DNA of 64,000 nucleotides from contig JAHRHZ010000065.1 of NCBI GenBank assembly GCA_024137785.1, forward strand, positions 24,914,911-24,978,910. The letters are read 5' to 3'. Positions within the stretch are counted from its first letter, which is position 1; each line of letters opens with the position of its first letter. The position numbers were made by a program, and so were the translations under genes. The DNA comes from Ginglymostoma cirratum. Taxonomy: Eukaryota. The notes below the pieces were generated by a model, which saw only the letters and a list, made by a program, of their open reading frames with translations, made no database searches and was not told where the DNA came from. Of this stretch, positions 63,501-64,000 are shown piece after piece.

Positions 63501-64000
63501 TGTATATTAATGACGTGGAATCTGGAGTTAGAGGTTGACAACAAGCAATAATCCTGTTAATAGGCACCCTACCACTCCCCAGAAAGTGTCTTGTCTCACC
63601 ATCTGGAACTCTTGGAAAATTCAAGAATTCGCTCCCAACGTTGAGAAAGGCCTTGCCCAATATCTGACTAATTGTCCCAAATTTCACACTAAAGCCCACA
63701 TTATTCAAGTCCCACCCGAGAACTCTTTCTCTCCCCTCAGGTGCTGCCTGACCTTTTGAATGTTTCTAAGGCTTTATTTCCATTTCATTTTCAATGGTTT
63801 TGCGATTGTAATGTCCAATGTACTATTCATCCTTTGAAAATCGGATCATTACTATTAAGTATTGTAGCATTTTAAATCAACCTTCTACACATTTCTATAC
63901 AATCAAACCAGTTTTACATGTATCACTTTATGAAGGTAATCAGATTTTATTGTTTTCCGTTCTGAAGCAAAGAACACACTAGAAGGTAGTAAGTCATATC

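Noticed and set aside
1-64000. Most ORFs in the supplied track as genes; prokaryotic features (operons, CRISPR, rRNA)
   Set aside because: The sequence is vertebrate repeat-rich DNA. The ORFs are short, often start at TTG/GTG and overlap decayed transposons. No regularly spaced direct-repeat array or rRNA is seen.

Overview
This is eukaryotic, AT-rich, repeat-dense DNA, and the retroelement families point to a cartilaginous fish (shark). It reads as intronic or intergenic sequence. The supplied ORF track is mostly chance ORFs or transposon fragments. Much of the window is decayed retroelements: CR1/HER1-like LINEs, a second CR1-superfamily LINE with a matching SINE, HE1-like V-SINEs, Rex1/Babar and RTE LINEs, an internally deleted Gypsy element with both LTRs, and Penelope-like elements (PLEs). 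The PLE pseudo-LTRs carry minimal type-I hammerhead ribozyme motifs (CTGAnGA-stem II-GAAAC-NTH). At least nine of these motifs are visible, several inside short solo or fold-back units flanked by target-site duplications (TSDs). Host sequence includes one convincing minus-strand coding-type exon (519-686), a weaker phase-compatible candidate exon (18851-18951), and RFX X-box motifs in a repeat-poor block. I could not name the gene. A 287-bp inverted duplication (53117-53403 / 54638-54925, about 96% identical) looks like a locally templated insertion into a CR1 tail. Repeat boundaries without a TSD are approximate, and family names come from motif recognition by eye, not from database searches.
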